A DNA stretch of 64,000 bases from Nitrospirales bacterium (lineage in GTDB: Bacteria; Nitrospirota; Nitrospiria; Nitrospirales; UBA8639), in contig OY729426.1 in assembly GCA_963422365.1 (NCBI GenBank), positions 1,696,001 to 1,760,000 of the forward strand, given 5' to 3'. Position numbers and translations under genes: made by a program. The notes under the pieces were generated by a model that saw only the letters and a program-made list of their open reading frames with translations, was not told the DNA's origin and did not search any database. Below, in pieces: positions 1-11,137 of the stretch (its first letter is position 1; every line of letters starts with the position of its first letter).

Positions 1-762
1 CGCTCCTTGGGCCATGTGCATGAAAGCGAGGTTGTTGAGGCTGCCGAGAAGACCCGGACTCTTGGCGCCATAGTTTTTTGTATTGATGGTCAGTGCCCGT
101 TCCAACAACGGGATGGCTTTCTCATAGTGTTCTTGTGCCCGGTAAAGGAGCGCGAGGTTATTGAGATGTTCGACCATCGCGGGGTCGTCCGGGCCTGCGG
201 CTTTTTCAGTAATCGTAAGGGCTCGGGTTAAATGCGTCTCCGCTTCCTCATAGTGTTCTTGAGCGGCCAGCACACCTGCAAGATTTTTCAGATCTAAGGT
301 CAAATCAATAGGGGCCGCTCCAAGTGCCTGTTCACGAACGTGCAAGGCCCGTTCAAAGAGGGGGAAGGCTTTCGCATAGTGTTTTTGAGCATGATACAGT
401 GCCGCGAGGTTACTCAGACTGACGGCGAATTGGGGATCCCGATCTCCAAGAATCTTTTCAGTCAGACTGACGGCCCGACTCAACAGCGGTTCGGCCTGCT
501 CATATTCGCCCTGCGCGTCATGGAGTCCCGCCAGTTTCGTCAGCGTTTGCGGAAGCCGAAGATCTTGTTCACCGAATTGTTCGGCTTCTGTCAGCGCGGC
601 GTTGTACTGTTCTTGGGCCTCCTTGAAACGTCCCTGTTGAAAGAGAAGGTCACCCCGGTCCATGTGCCTGTCCCAAGGGATTGTTGCATCCTCGCATCCC
701 ATGAGGCTGAGCATGCCAACCAGGCATGCTGCAATCAGCCCTTTCCAACGACTATTTAGCAT
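1..762 (-). CDS. TPR-repeat lipoprotein (kinesin-light-chain-like TPRs), runs off the window's left edge
   Basis: Absent from the ORF track because no stop lies in the window. Manual minus-strand translation from ATG 762 gives MLNSRWKGLIAACLVGMLSLMGC (lipobox-like), then ~42-aa repeats such as SLSNLAALYHAQKHYAKAFPLFERAL and HLNNLALLYRAQEHYEKAIPLLERAL. Confidence 0.85.
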   Translation of the reverse strand, partial: MLNSRWKGLIAACLVGMLSLMGCEDATIPWDRHMDRGDLLFQQGRFKEAQEQYNAALTEAEQFGEQDLRLPQTLTKLAGLHDAQGEYEQAEPLLSRAVSLTEKILGDRDPQFAVSLSNLAALYHAQKHYAKAFPLFERALHVREQALGAAPIDLTLDLKNLAGVLAAQEHYEEAETHLTRALTITEKAAGPDDPAMVEHLNNLALLYRAQEHYEKAIPLLERALTINTKNYGAKSPGLLGSLNNLAFMHMAQGA

Positions 763-998
763 TGCATCACCTTTTCTGCCTTTGTAAGAAGAGAGAGAGA
801 ATCAAACTTTCATGATGATGGGGCCCGGTCAGAACCCAGGAAACCCTTTCTCTGATTGTAGAGAGGGAAATGGCCTATGCCAACTGAAAAATGTGAACGG
901 ATCGAGATTCATCGGCTGCGCGGGCCAATGGACCATCGGAGACAGATGGCAAGGCAGGTGAAAGCCTCCGGCATTCGCTCTTGTGCGGGAATGTGGTT

Positions 999-2030
999 TC
1001 ACGAAAACAGCGTGAGTTGAGCAGAGGGTGGCCGGGTGAACGTTGCAGGGATGGGTTCGTCTCGTTCGAATCGATGAAAGCCTTCTTTGCGAAAGGCCAA
1101 ATCGAATAATTGTTCAATGGCTTGCCATGTCGAGCCTTGTCCCTGATGGCGCGCAAAAACCCGCTTTTCTTCCAAGGTGCCGCCCCTGACCTCTTGCAGA
1201 CGATGGGTGATTTTCTTGATTCGGTCGGGAAAGGCTTCCGTCATGCGTTCCAAAAACACCGGTCGAACATTGTCGTTGAGCCGTAAGAGCATATAGGCCG
1301 CGTGCGTGGCGCCGGCTTGTCTCGCACGGTGAAGAATCTGTGGAATATCCTGTTCATTGAGACCTGGAATGACAGGACCAATCATGACTGCAGTTGGAAT
1401 GCCGGCGGAAGAGAGGGCGGCCATGGCCTCCAAACGTTTGGTGATGGAGGGCGTTTGAGGTTCAACCTTTCGAGCGACTTCGTTGTCGGCAAAGGGAATA
1501 CTGAAATGCACCCGAATCCACGCCTGTTCATGGAGGGTTTGCAGAAGATCGAGATCTCGTTGAATGAGTGCGGCTTTGGTAATCACGGTGACGGGGTTTC
1601 GAAATTCAGCACATACCGCTAAACAGGCGCGCGTGAGTTCATACGTCGCTTCCAACGGTTGATAGCAGTCGGTGTTGCCGGCAAAGACCACGAGTTCGCC
1701 TGTCCACGAGGGTTTCAAAAACGCCGTGCGAAGTGCTTCCGCCGCATTGGGTTTCACGATGAGTTTGGATTCGAAATCCGTGCCCGCGCCGAATCCCCAA
1801 TATTGGTGACTCGGTCGTGCATAGCAATAGGCACAGGCATGAAAGCAGCCACGATACGGATTCACGCTCCACCGAAAGGGCAGATCGGGGCTGTCGTTGC
1901 GACTCAAGATGGCTCCTGTCTTCTCCTCAAAAATTTGAGTTATGACGTGGGGTGCCGGTTCAAGCAGTTCTCGATGGTGAGAGTCAAAGGGGTTTGGTGG
2001 ATTGGCGAGTTGCTTCACGGTGCAGGACAA
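999..2030 (-). CDS. Radical SAM protein (PA0069/Rv2578c, spore photoproduct lyase-like family)
   Basis: NPYRGCFHACAYCYAR CxxxCxxC motif, NTDCYQPLE, C-terminal QLTLF; start uncertain. Confidence 0.85.
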   Translation of the reverse strand: MSCTVKQLANPPNPFDSHHRELLEPAPHVITQIFEEKTGAILSRNDSPDLPFRWSVNPYRGCFHACAYCYARPSHQYWGFGAGTDFESKLIVKPNAAEALRTAFLKPSWTGELVVFAGNTDCYQPLEATYELTRACLAVCAEFRNPVTVITKAALIQRDLDLLQTLHEQAWIRVHFSIPFADNEVARKVEPQTPSITKRLEAMAALSSAGIPTAVMIGPVIPGLNEQDIPQILHRARQAGATHAAYMLLRLNDNVRPVFLERMTEAFPDRIKKITHRLQEVRGGTLEEKRVFARHQGQGSTWQAIEQLFDLAFRKEGFHRFERDEPIPATFTRPPSAQLTLFS

Positions 2031-2575
2031 GCTATCTCATGGTGTGGCGTCGATTCCTCGCTATGTGTCGCTGCGCCACGGGAGAGTCTTCCGAAGGAGA
2101 GTGGCTCGAGTCTCACGTCCAATCATACCGCTCAAAGTCACCTTTCACCAACGTGGTGTTGAGCCGAAGGGGAGAGGTCTCGACTGTGTCGGTGACGAGT
2201 TCCAGGGTGATCGGCAGATAGTCGGCGGAAACAAGTCCGGCCAACACCGCATAGGTCGTCGTTGGAGGAGCAGGAAGGGTCAGTTGCGTTGACGGTTGCC
2301 GGACCGTCGTCATCAATGACAATCGTATGAGTCAACCACGTGTCGTTAGCCGAGAAGGGGTAGGGTGTCGTGATTGTGACGAAGAAAGAAAGCGAAAGGA
2401 TGAGAGATGGAATAAACATGTCGTTAATGTGCCGTCACCACCTGCATGGTACTCTAGACGTTCTTTATTTGGGAAACAACCCGTTGCACCCGTTTCCCTT
2501 GCTTGTCTTGTCCTGATCATTGCAGTAGACTTTACGCTTACGACACGCCTTTCTCGACAATCCCTATCCTCAGTT

Positions 2576-2652
2576 GCCCCCGTAGCTCAGGTGGATAGAG
2601 CAACGGTTTCCTAAACCGCAGGCCGGACGTTCGAATCGTCTCGGGGGCACCA
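2576..2652 (+). tRNA. tRNA-Arg (anticodon CCT)
   Basis: GCCCCCG/CGGGGGC acceptor stem, TAGCTCAGGTGGATAGAGC D-arm, anticodon loop TTCCTAA, GTTCGAATC T-loop, encoded CCA. Confidence 0.95.
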
Positions 2653-2717
2653 TTCTTTACCCCCTATTTTTCAACACCTTAAGATTTTCAGGAGGCACTT
2701 TTTGAAAACGGCGAAGA

Positions 2718-3674
2718 TTAGGGGGTCTGGATTTGATGGGTGGGTTGAACGTTGATTCGTTCTCCGAAGGTGTCGAGGGTCCCGATTCCAAAGTGGGGGT
2801 TTTCAACCATGGTGGTGTGGGCCATGCGACGATCCTTGGCGTTTTCAAATTCGAACCTGACTTGGAGGGTATCATCGGTAAGCACTACGGCTTTCATCTC
2901 AAGAATGCCTCCCATGCCTGGGTGCCAGGCAATGAGGGTGTAGACCCCTTCGGGAATGTCAGAGATGGCGAACCGGCCCTGGGCATCCGTCACGGCATAA
3001 TAGGGATTCGTCACGGCCACTCCCCACGTCTGCATGAATTCATGGAATCCACATTCCAGGTAGAAGATGCGTCGCCCCTTCGTCAATGAAATGGTATCGA
3101 AGAGTGGATCACCAGGACGGTGATCGTGGGTCCCGGCATTGGTTTGGGGATGGTAGGGATTCATGCGAAGTGGGCGATGAACCATCACTGCAGACCCAAA
3201 CGGAGCAACTTCATAAATCTGGATATCGTGGAGAATGGGATCCATATTTACGACGCGAACTTCCTGGTGGTTCCGTACGGCTATCACCGGAGGAGCCAGC
3301 GTACAGTCTTTGGCTTCTATGGTGGGTGAAGAAGAAGGAAACGGTTTCCCCTGGTGAACGCCCTCCAGCATGACGACGGCATTTTGCAGTCCTCCGTCAG
3401 ATTCGACGTGAAACTGATCGAGGAGACGCCAGGCGGTACCAGTGGAAATTATTCCGCAAAATACGGGTTCAGGATAAGTAATGAGATTAAATGCTTTTGG
3501 AGGCGGCGGGGGACCTTTCAGGATGACCGTGCCGGCAAGGTGGCCGCCATTGGCCACGGGATGCTCCGTATAGGACCAGCCCGGAGAAGTCAGGAGACAG
3601 CTTATCACCCCGGTGAGGATGCTGAGCGATTTCATCGGGACAGTGCGAATCGGAGACCGTGGCATGTATGTCAC
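2718..3674 (-). CDS. Secreted carboxypeptidase-regulatory-like / cupredoxin-like domain protein
   Basis: Signal-like N-terminus; NPYYAVTDAQGRFAISDIPEGVYTLIAWHP; N.DPILH and CGFHEFM motifs. Confidence 0.7.
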   Translation of the reverse strand: MTYMPRSPIRTVPMKSLSILTGVISCLLTSPGWSYTEHPVANGGHLAGTVILKGPPPPPKAFNLITYPEPVFCGIISTGTAWRLLDQFHVESDGGLQNAVVMLEGVHQGKPFPSSSPTIEAKDCTLAPPVIAVRNHQEVRVVNMDPILHDIQIYEVAPFGSAVMVHRPLRMNPYHPQTNAGTHDHRPGDPLFDTISLTKGRRIFYLECGFHEFMQTWGVAVTNPYYAVTDAQGRFAISDIPEGVYTLIAWHPGMGGILEMKAVVLTDDTLQVRFEFENAKDRRMAHTTMVENPHFGIGTLDTFGERINVQPTHQIQTP

Positions 3675-3753
3675 GAATTAAGAAGACACGACTTGTCTGG
3701 TCGATGATCGCGTGTCATGCTTCACTCACGTTCTCGCAACAGCGGAAAATTTT

Positions 3754-4257
3754 TTATTTCACGCTTGCCCTGATGGCATCCTTTTTTGGGCGTCCCTGTT
3801 TGGCGCGGGTCCGTGCGCGAGTGTTTAATGTCGTGTCATCCGTCAGATAAAAGAATTGATCATCCACCGACAGCTTGTCGGACCAAGCCCTGCAGGCATC
3901 GCACATTCTGATTTTGCGTCGGTCTGGACTCCAAAATCGTTTTTCGCAATGACAGGCTTTGCCGCAGAGACAGTTGACCCAGCCGGCATAGGGAGATGGC
4001 TCCGGTTCGGGAATTTCCTGTTGATCCACTAGTTCCCGCGCTTTTTCAACAGCACGAGCCCATGAACCCCAATGCCGAACAAAAAATTGAACAGAATACG
4101 CCTTTTCTTCGGTGAGATCGTATTCCAACTGGGTGAGATGAGTCTGTCCTTCTTGTCCCATAAAACATGCGAGTTCTTGCAAGGCTTGGTGTCGTTTCCA
4201 CGCACTCAGTGGTTCCAGAGACCCTCTGCCTCCACCCCCGTTTTTACTTTTTGCCAT
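3754..4257 (-). CDS. Hypothetical protein with a homing-endonuclease-associated-repeat-like segment and a Cys-rich putative Zn finger
   Basis: YSVQFFVRHWGSWARAVEKA resembles the F/WGSW..A consensus; CLCGKACHC...CDAC; start at ATG (MAKSK) chosen by inspection. Confidence 0.55.
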   Translation of the reverse strand: MAKSKNGGGGRGSLEPLSAWKRHQALQELACFMGQEGQTHLTQLEYDLTEEKAYSVQFFVRHWGSWARAVEKARELVDQQEIPEPEPSPYAGWVNCLCGKACHCEKRFWSPDRRKIRMCDACRAWSDKLSVDDQFFYLTDDTTLNTRARTRAKQGRPKKDAIRASVK

Positions 4258-5092
4258 TGCCGAATCCCTTACGCATCTATCCAACTTGTTTTCTACAGTA
4301 CAAGACTATTACCTTTTCCAGCTTCGAGTCTCACGCACAAAGAATGCGTCTTCTCATCTCTTGCGTACTCCTATTATAAACACATCCTGGCACAAAAGGT
4401 AAGATCAAGCCATAAAAGAAGACCCCCCCACCACAGCAAGTCCATTTATCTCGCACCGATTGAACTCGAAAAATTCTTATATCCTTATATGATACCATGG
4501 ACTTCTTAATAAAGCTAGGAAAAACAAGAAAAAATCACGAGTTCCCAGGTTGGAAGCCAAGGGGTTGGTTGCCCGTGACATTGGTCTGTTGGAAATGGTT
4601 TGGGATCTGAGCAGGTAGATTGTGAAACTCGAATTCTCGTTGCTGCAAGGTTAAGCACTTAGATGGTAAACGTTGCCCCATCTTTGGGGGTGTGGCGGAT
4701 ACAAGTGCGTGCTTGGCAAGGTCTTAAACGGCTCACATGGGTTTATCCATCAATAGAGAAAAATTTTCCCAAGCGGATCCTATGCTCTTTGTCGAGCGGT
4801 CGATATGTCCATCAAACATGATGGCCGACAGGGTTGTGGCAAGAGTCGAGTCATGGGAAAGAGGATACACTAAGGCGTATGGCTGAATCGGATGCCAAGC
4901 CCCTGCGTGCCATTGGGTGTACGATCCTGACGGTGTTGATTATCCCTCCCGCGTATTGTGTGCACATTCGCGCAAGGAGTCAAAGTGAAAGAGATAGACC
5001 GTTGGGTGCCGTGGTTCCGGGAGTTGACAGGAAATTCCACCGAAAACGGGTTTGAACGTGATCTGGACAACCACCAACCTTAAGCAGGTAGC

Positions 5093-5240
5093 ATGAAACA
5101 TCCTTTGAATCAAATTCTTTATGGCCCACCGTGTACGGGTAAACAGGGGATACGGTTATTTACGCTATGGCGATCATTGAGAATAAATCGGTGAACGAGT
5201 TGGGAGGAGAGGACCATGAAAACCTAAAACAACATTCTCA
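5093..5240 (+). pseudogene. McrB-like AAA+ GTPase remnant
   Basis: MKHPLNQILYGPPCTGK (decayed NQILYGPPGTGKT P-loop), a frameshift, then TVIYAMAIIENKSVNEL; the rest of the gene is absent. Confidence 0.7.
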
Positions 5241-5390
5241 TCAGCGAGATTTGATTGATGCACAAAGAAAAACTTAAGAATTGATTTCTGAAGATGATAG
5301 CAAGTGGAAAAAGCCGAAAAATTATATCGATCTCTACGAGGACAGGCAAACAGAGGACGGTCAAAACAAATAAACCTGTCAGGCTGAACT

Positions 5391-6287
5391 GTGACAATCA
5401 GTAAAGAAGACGAAGAACTGACACCCCACACGCGGGGCTTCACCCAACAGGGATGGAACACACGTACGGAGTTTGTCCTTGAGAATCAGTATAACAGACA
5501 GGGAAACCATCGGCCGTTCCAGCAATACAGGAGCGGTAAACTGATGGCTCAACACCATGTCGGTATTCTTCCAACCCGACAGGGAACGGTGTTGGAAATA
5601 CTGCCCAAGGTTGATTGGGGCGGCAGTGATGATACTGAGGCAACCAAAAAGATTTTTCTCAACATGCTGCGGGTTTGGCACGAGTTGAAATCTGCGCAGT
5701 TCAACGAGATCAGCATGAAGGCCGTGCGGCGTTTCAATATGTTGGAGGTGTTTGTCCACCTGTTTCTGCCCAACCTCGTTCTGCTGACGCAACGTGGCAT
5801 CGTCCGTCACTATAAACCGATGGAGGACAGCCTGCCTTGCCTGCGCGGATGAATCCTGTTTCCGCAGACTATTCGTGAAAACTTGGTCAACCGCCCGCGT
5901 TTTTGCGTCGGCTATGACGAGGGTACGGCCAACCGGCTGATTCACGGTGGGATTCAAAGGCTCATTGGCTTCGCGCGGCAGCCGAGGAATCAACAATGAC
6001 TGCACCAGTTGCATATCTGTTTTGCCGATATTCCGGTGCCGACCCGGCTTGAAAGCAACTGGCAACGACACCAAGCGGATCGTTCGATGCCGCACTACGA
6101 CGCGGTGATGCAGTGGGTCGGGCTGTTCCTGTTTAATGACGGTCTGACCACCTTTGTCGGTAAAGACGTCGATCAGGCACTGTGATTTCCAATAGAGGAA
6201 GTGTTTGAGGACTTTGTTATGGCGTGGTTTCGGCAGTATGGACCAATCGAAGAATATGACGATTTGGGTTGCCGAACAATTGGATAG
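5391..6287 (+). pseudogene. McrC-family restriction component pseudogene
   Basis: HHVGILPTRQGTVLEILPKV, LTQRGIVRHY..EDSLPCLRG*ILF (TGA 5850-5852), later AL*FPIEEVFEDFV resembling the LLFPME..FE.FV motif; catalytic C-terminus not recognisable. Confidence 0.75.
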
Positions 6288-6558
6288 TCTGAAGATACCG
6301 GATCTTCCACATGACAATCCTGTGCAGCGACACCCATTCGTGATGCCAGCAAATCGTCGCACGGTTGTCAGTTGACGGGCTTTGTTCGAATTATGAATGC
6401 GGTGAAGTTTCAGGAGCATTGCGCTTGTCCGACGTGCTCCAACTATCGTCAGGGATCGAACTCGCAGCTGCTGCCAAGAACGAGTCCTTGGCCCAAACGT
6501 TTGACAAAACGTTTCGCGAACGCATCGAAGTCATTCCGGAAGAAGCTGTCAAACGCGG

Positions 6559-7113
6559 TTAACTCTTTAGGTTTGCGGCGAATCGTTGACGGAATTTTGC
6601 GAGCTTGGGAGCAATGAGGTAGGCGCAATAGGGTTGGGTGGGATTACGCACGAAGTAGGCTTGATGATAGGCCTCTGCTCGATAAAACGTTTGTGCGGGT
6701 GAGACTTCCGTCACGATCGGGAAATCGAACAATTTGTCCGAGGTAAGGGTAGCAATGACGTTCTGTGCCGTGGCTGCCTGTTCGGGGGAATGATAAAAAA
6801 TCACGGATCGATATTGAGTGCCGACATCGTTGCCTTGGCGGTTGAGGGTCGTAGGATCATGAATGGCAAACAAGACTTCCAGTATGGCACGGTAAGGCAT
6901 GACGGTGGGATCGAACGTCACCTGGACGACTTCGGCATGGCCGGTCACGCCGGTACAAATGGCTTCATACGATGGATTGGGTTGCTTCCCACCCATGTAG
7001 CCTGATTCCACCACCGTCACACCCTGCAGTTGCTCAAATGCGGCTTCAATGCACCAAAAACATCCCCCCCCGAGGGTGGCAACGTCTTTTCCAGTGTCGG
7101 CTGTATCGGTCAT
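6559..7113 (-). CDS. msrA: Peptide-methionine (S)-S-oxide reductase
   Basis: GGGCFWCIE, GYMGG, GHAEVVQV, HDPTTLNRQGNDVGTQYRS, AEAYHQ; GGAGGA SD before ATG 7113. Confidence 0.95.
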   Translation of the reverse strand: MTDTADTGKDVATLGGGCFWCIEAAFEQLQGVTVVESGYMGGKQPNPSYEAICTGVTGHAEVVQVTFDPTVMPYRAILEVLFAIHDPTTLNRQGNDVGTQYRSVIFYHSPEQAATAQNVIATLTSDKLFDFPIVTEVSPAQTFYRAEAYHQAYFVRNPTQPYCAYLIAPKLAKFRQRFAANLKS

Positions 7114-7352
7114 GAGTCCTCCTGTATCCGTGTCCCATGTGTGTCGCCGAGGAGTAAACCAGTATACGGTCTCCCGATCAGTCAATGCGACTGCCACGAA
7201 TCGTCCCTCCGAATAGCCTCATGAAGTCTGTTCTCCTGCCGGTTCCTGCTTTTGTCTTGCGTCGGCTTGGAAGTTTCTTTACGGTATCGTTCCACAGGAA
7301 GGGACCCCTCCGGCTTCCGGTGTTGTCATGAGACGACTGAGAGAGACGCGTT

Positions 7353-9869
7353 ATGAATTCACTCTTTCTCCAATTGTATAAAACGCTCGTTATTGATCGG
7401 CCAGTCGTGGCATTGGGGCTTGTGCTTGTCCTGGTAACGTTCTTCACGGCTCAATCTCCGAATTTTAAACTCGATGCGTCCTCTGAATCGATTATCCTAG
7501 AGAACGACCAGGCGTTGAAATATTATCGAACCAGTCGGGCAACCTACGGCTCGGATGATTTTCTCATTGTCGCCTATACGCCTCAGGAAGATTTGTTCTC
7601 TTCCTCTTCGCTCGAATGCTTACAAAAACTCCGTGATGAATTGGCTCGGATCGATTCGGTCAAAACGGTACGCTCTATTTTGGACGTGCCACTCGTGAAT
7701 AGTCCTAAAGTGTCCATTGCAGAATTGAGTGATGAAGGTGGGACACGGACGCTAGAGACTCCAGGGATTAATAAGGAACTCGCCAGAAAAGAATTTTTAG
7801 AAAGTCCTCTCTATCAAAATAATCTCGTCAGTGTGGACGGTCGCACGACCGCGCTGCAAGTCGTTTTTAAGGAAGACACGACCTACGCCACGTTCCTGAA
7901 AAAGCGAAATCGGTTGAGAGAGAAGAAAGCCGAGTCAGGGCTCACGCCGGAAGAAACGGCGGCCTTACAATCTGCGGAGCAGACGTTTCAGGACTATCAT
8001 GCTGCCTTTGTCGAAGCTGGACGGAAGGATATCGAAGTCGTCCGCGGTATTCTCGATACGTATCGTGAGAACGCCCAACTCTATTTGGGTGGGGTGCGCA
8101 TGGTCATCGCCGATATGATCAGTTTCATTGAACATGACATTGCGGTGTTTGGCGTCGTTGTGCTCGGCTTGTTGCTCACGGCGTTAGTGTATTTTTTCCG
8201 TGCGCTGCGATGGGTGTTGTTGCCCATGTCCTGCTGTGTAATTTCAGTCAGTGTGATGGTGGGCTACTTGGGCTTTATGGATTGGCGTGTGACGGTCATT
8301 TCCTCAAACTTTGTTTCTCTGTTGCTCATCATCACCATGTCCTTAACCATCCACCTCATCGTGCGCTACCGAATTCTGAATGAGCAGACCCCGCAGATGG
8401 ACCAGAAAACGTTAGTCTTTCACACGATGCGGGAAATGGCGGAACCCTGTTTTTATACGGCCATTACGACGATTGTGGCGTTCTGTTCTCTGATTGTCAG
8501 TGATATTCGGCCTGTTATTGATTTTGGCTGGATCATGACGATAGGAATCTCCTTCGCGTTCGTGCTGAATTTCATCTATTTTCCAGCGGTGTTGGTGTTG
8601 CTCAAACCGGAGAAAGCCGTGGTGCGTGTGGATACCACGCGATCGTTCACCATGGCGGTGGCCGGCTTTACCCTCAAGTACGCCAAGCCGATCGTGATAG
8701 CCTGTGTGATGTTGGCCGTGCTGGGTGGAATGGGTATTGCGCAACTGGAGGTGGAAAACCGATTCATCGATCATTTCAAAAGCACGACGGAAATTTACCA
8801 AGGCATGGAATTGATTGATACGAAGTTGGGGGGAACCATTCCGTTAGATTTTGTGATTGATGCCGATGAAGGATTTTTGGCCTCCTCTGAAGAGACCGAA
8901 GATCCCTTTGATGATCCGTTCGGCCAGGAAGGAGATGCATCCGAAGAGATTTCTTATTGGTTCAATGGAGATCGGTTAACGCAGATTGAAGCGATTCATG
9001 ATTATCTCGAGTCGTTACCGGAAGTGGGCAAGGTCTTGTCCCTTGCCACGGGCATGAAAGTCTTCAGGCAGTTGAATGATGGCCGGATGCCGGAGGATTA
9101 TGAGCTGGCTCTTCTGAGAAAGTACGTCCCCGATGCCGTGAAGAAAGCGCTTCTTGATCCGTATCTGTCTCCTGATGCCAACCAAACGCGTTTGACCATG
9201 CGGCTGATTGAATCTGCACCGACGCTCAAACGAAAAGAATTAATCGAGTATATCCGAACGTACCTGGTCGAGGAAATGGGGTTTGCCGATACGACCGTGC
9301 ATCCAACGGGCATGGCGGTGCTCTACAGCAATTTGCTCCAAAGTTTATACACATCCCAGATTCTGACGCTGGGTATGGTCTTTATGAGCATTCTCTTGAT
9401 GTTCATCGTGCTCTTTCGCAAGGTGTCGTTGGCGATTTTGGCGATTTTCCCTAACTTCTTGGCTGCCTGTGCGGTACTTGGATTAATGGGTTGGTGGGGG
9501 ATTCCCTTGGACATCATGACCATTACGATTGCGGCGATCACGGTGGGCATCGCTGTTGATCACGCCATTCACTACATTCACCGGTTTCAAGTAGAATTCG
9601 TGAAACATCGAACCTATCGAGAAACCATCCTGGCCTGTCATGGGAGTATCGGCCGCGCCATCTATTACACGGCGCTCACGATTACCATGGGTTTTAGTAT
9701 TCTGGCCTTTTCCAGTTTTATCCCAACCATCTACTTTGGCTTGCTCACAGGGTTTGCCATGATGGTGGCCCTTATGAGCAATCTCACCCTGTTAGCCGCG
9801 TTACTGATGATCGTGAAGCCATTAGGCTCAGAAACAACGTCAAACAATCCCGCAAGACAAGCTTCTTGA
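7353..9869 (+). CDS. MMPL/RND-family transporter
   Basis: 838 aa with two sets of TM helices and periplasmic loops; GIAVDHAIHY motif. Confidence 0.85.
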   Translation: MNSLFLQLYKTLVIDRPVVALGLVLVLVTFFTAQSPNFKLDASSESIILENDQALKYYRTSRATYGSDDFLIVAYTPQEDLFSSSSLECLQKLRDELARIDSVKTVRSILDVPLVNSPKVSIAELSDEGGTRTLETPGINKELARKEFLESPLYQNNLVSVDGRTTALQVVFKEDTTYATFLKKRNRLREKKAESGLTPEETAALQSAEQTFQDYHAAFVEAGRKDIEVVRGILDTYRENAQLYLGGVRMVIADMISFIEHDIAVFGVVVLGLLLTALVYFFRALRWVLLPMSCCVISVSVMVGYLGFMDWRVTVISSNFVSLLLIITMSLTIHLIVRYRILNEQTPQMDQKTLVFHTMREMAEPCFYTAITTIVAFCSLIVSDIRPVIDFGWIMTIGISFAFVLNFIYFPAVLVLLKPEKAVVRVDTTRSFTMAVAGFTLKYAKPIVIACVMLAVLGGMGIAQLEVENRFIDHFKSTTEIYQGMELIDTKLGGTIPLDFVIDADEGFLASSEETEDPFDDPFGQEGDASEEISYWFNGDRLTQIEAIHDYLESLPEVGKVLSLATGMKVFRQLNDGRMPEDYELALLRKYVPDAVKKALLDPYLSPDANQTRLTMRLIESAPTLKRKELIEYIRTYLVEEMGFADTTVHPTGMAVLYSNLLQSLYTSQILTLGMVFMSILLMFIVLFRKVSLAILAIFPNFLAACAVLGLMGWWGIPLDIMTITIAAITVGIAVDHAIHYIHRFQVEFVKHRTYRETILACHGSIGRAIYYTALTITMGFSILAFSSFIPTIYFGLLTGFAMMVALMSNLTLLAALLMIVKPLGSETTSNNPARQAS

Positions 9870-9994
9870 ACGGGCTTTCAGACCAATGTGGCCCCAATCC
9901 GGCGCCCACTCTTGTCAGGACTGCCGTCGTGACGTATTTTTTATCCCCCGGTGACTCGTCGCACTGAAGAAGATGGAGTGACGAGGCGCCTCTG

Positions 9995-11004
9995 TCGATT
10001 TATGGTGATGATTACGTGCTTTTTAAAGGTGGGCACCGCATGAATTTCACTTTATCCGAATCCGGCCTTGTGAAACATGGCATCCCATTTCTTGAACGTG
10101 TACGCGTCACCTACCGGTGTGGTGGCAAGCATGATGAGTGTAAAGTCTGGCGAAGCAGGACTGATACGATCATTATGAAGGACAAACTCCAACGTGATCA
10201 CTCGTCCGTTTGATGCCAATGAGTCATGGGCCTTTTGGAGAAAGGCTTCACACTCCGGCGGAGCAAAGTGATGAAGAAAGTTGGTTCAAAGGATACGGTC
10301 ATACCCCTCACCAAAGTCGACTTCAAAGGCGCTGCCGGGAATGGTTTTGTATCGGTTTCCTAAAGATGCGGCGTTTGCGTTTTTCTGAGCCACGGTCAGG
10401 ACATTGGGCCAATGGATTGCGGTGATTTCGGCGGTTGGAAACCGTTTCGCGATTTCTACGCTGAAGACTCCATGGCCGGCTGCCATGTCCAGGATCTTGC
10501 GGATCGTCCCACCTGCTGAAAGAAGATGGTCGGCTATCCAGTTGGCCGGGCCGATCATCATGGGAACCATCGCACGGGCGAAGGTCACCCACTCGGGACG
10601 TTCCTCAGCCGTGGTCCCTTTGTCATCCAAAGCCGTCCCACCTTTTCGAACAGCCTCCGTGAGGCGGCGCAAGCCATCAAACAGAGGCGGAGCGAGAAGG
10701 AATTCCAGCGTCCCACCTACATAGATTGGAGAGGTTTTGACTAAAACACGTCTGAATCGTGAGTGAGGGAGGACGTATTCCCTGATTTTGTGAGAAAACC
10801 GAGCATCACCAAATAGTCAGCCAGCATGCGTATGCCTCGTTCCGAGGCTCTGCACCGATTCGCTAAGGAAGGAGGCGTATTATGCCCTTCTTTTATGGCC
10901 GTGAAGATTTTCAGATCAATGGCGGTTTTAATCGAATAGGTGCGTTGAATGGCAAAAGTCGTGTCAAAAAACAATTGAGGAGATGGAGGGGTCGCGTGTG
11001 CCAT
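9995..11004 (-). pseudogene. SAM-dependent O-methyltransferase (dimerisation + Methyltransf_2) pseudogene
   Basis: IKTAIDLKIF N-domain; frameshift in a T-run at ~10745 (repair gives VFLVKTSPIYVGGTLEFLL); ILDMAAGHG; in-frame stops in YDRIL*TNFLHHF and AGFG*SEIH; end approximate. Confidence 0.8.
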
Positions 11005-11137
11005 TGCCGTTGTAGGGCTGCAGCTTATGCAGCCAACGGAAGTCGCCATGAGATGTCGCCGCTACAAAAGAGGGAGAAGACAGAAGCTCCTGATTCTGTC
11101 AGCGAATGAATGCCCATTGACAAGGGCTGATTTCTTG

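Noticed and set aside
7..759. Plus-strand ORFs 7-231 and 340-759
   Set aside because: Antisense shadows of the minus-strand TPR lipoprotein
2050..2520. Short overlapping ORFs between the radical SAM gene and the tRNA
   Set aside because: No recognisable family; cannot tell a small gene from a remnant
2576..2720. tRNA-Arg as the integration site of an island
   Set aside because: No duplicate of the tRNA 3' end and no adjacent integrase found in the window
5379..6419. 346-aa minus-strand ORF
   Set aside because: No recognisable motifs; antisense to the McrC-like pseudogene
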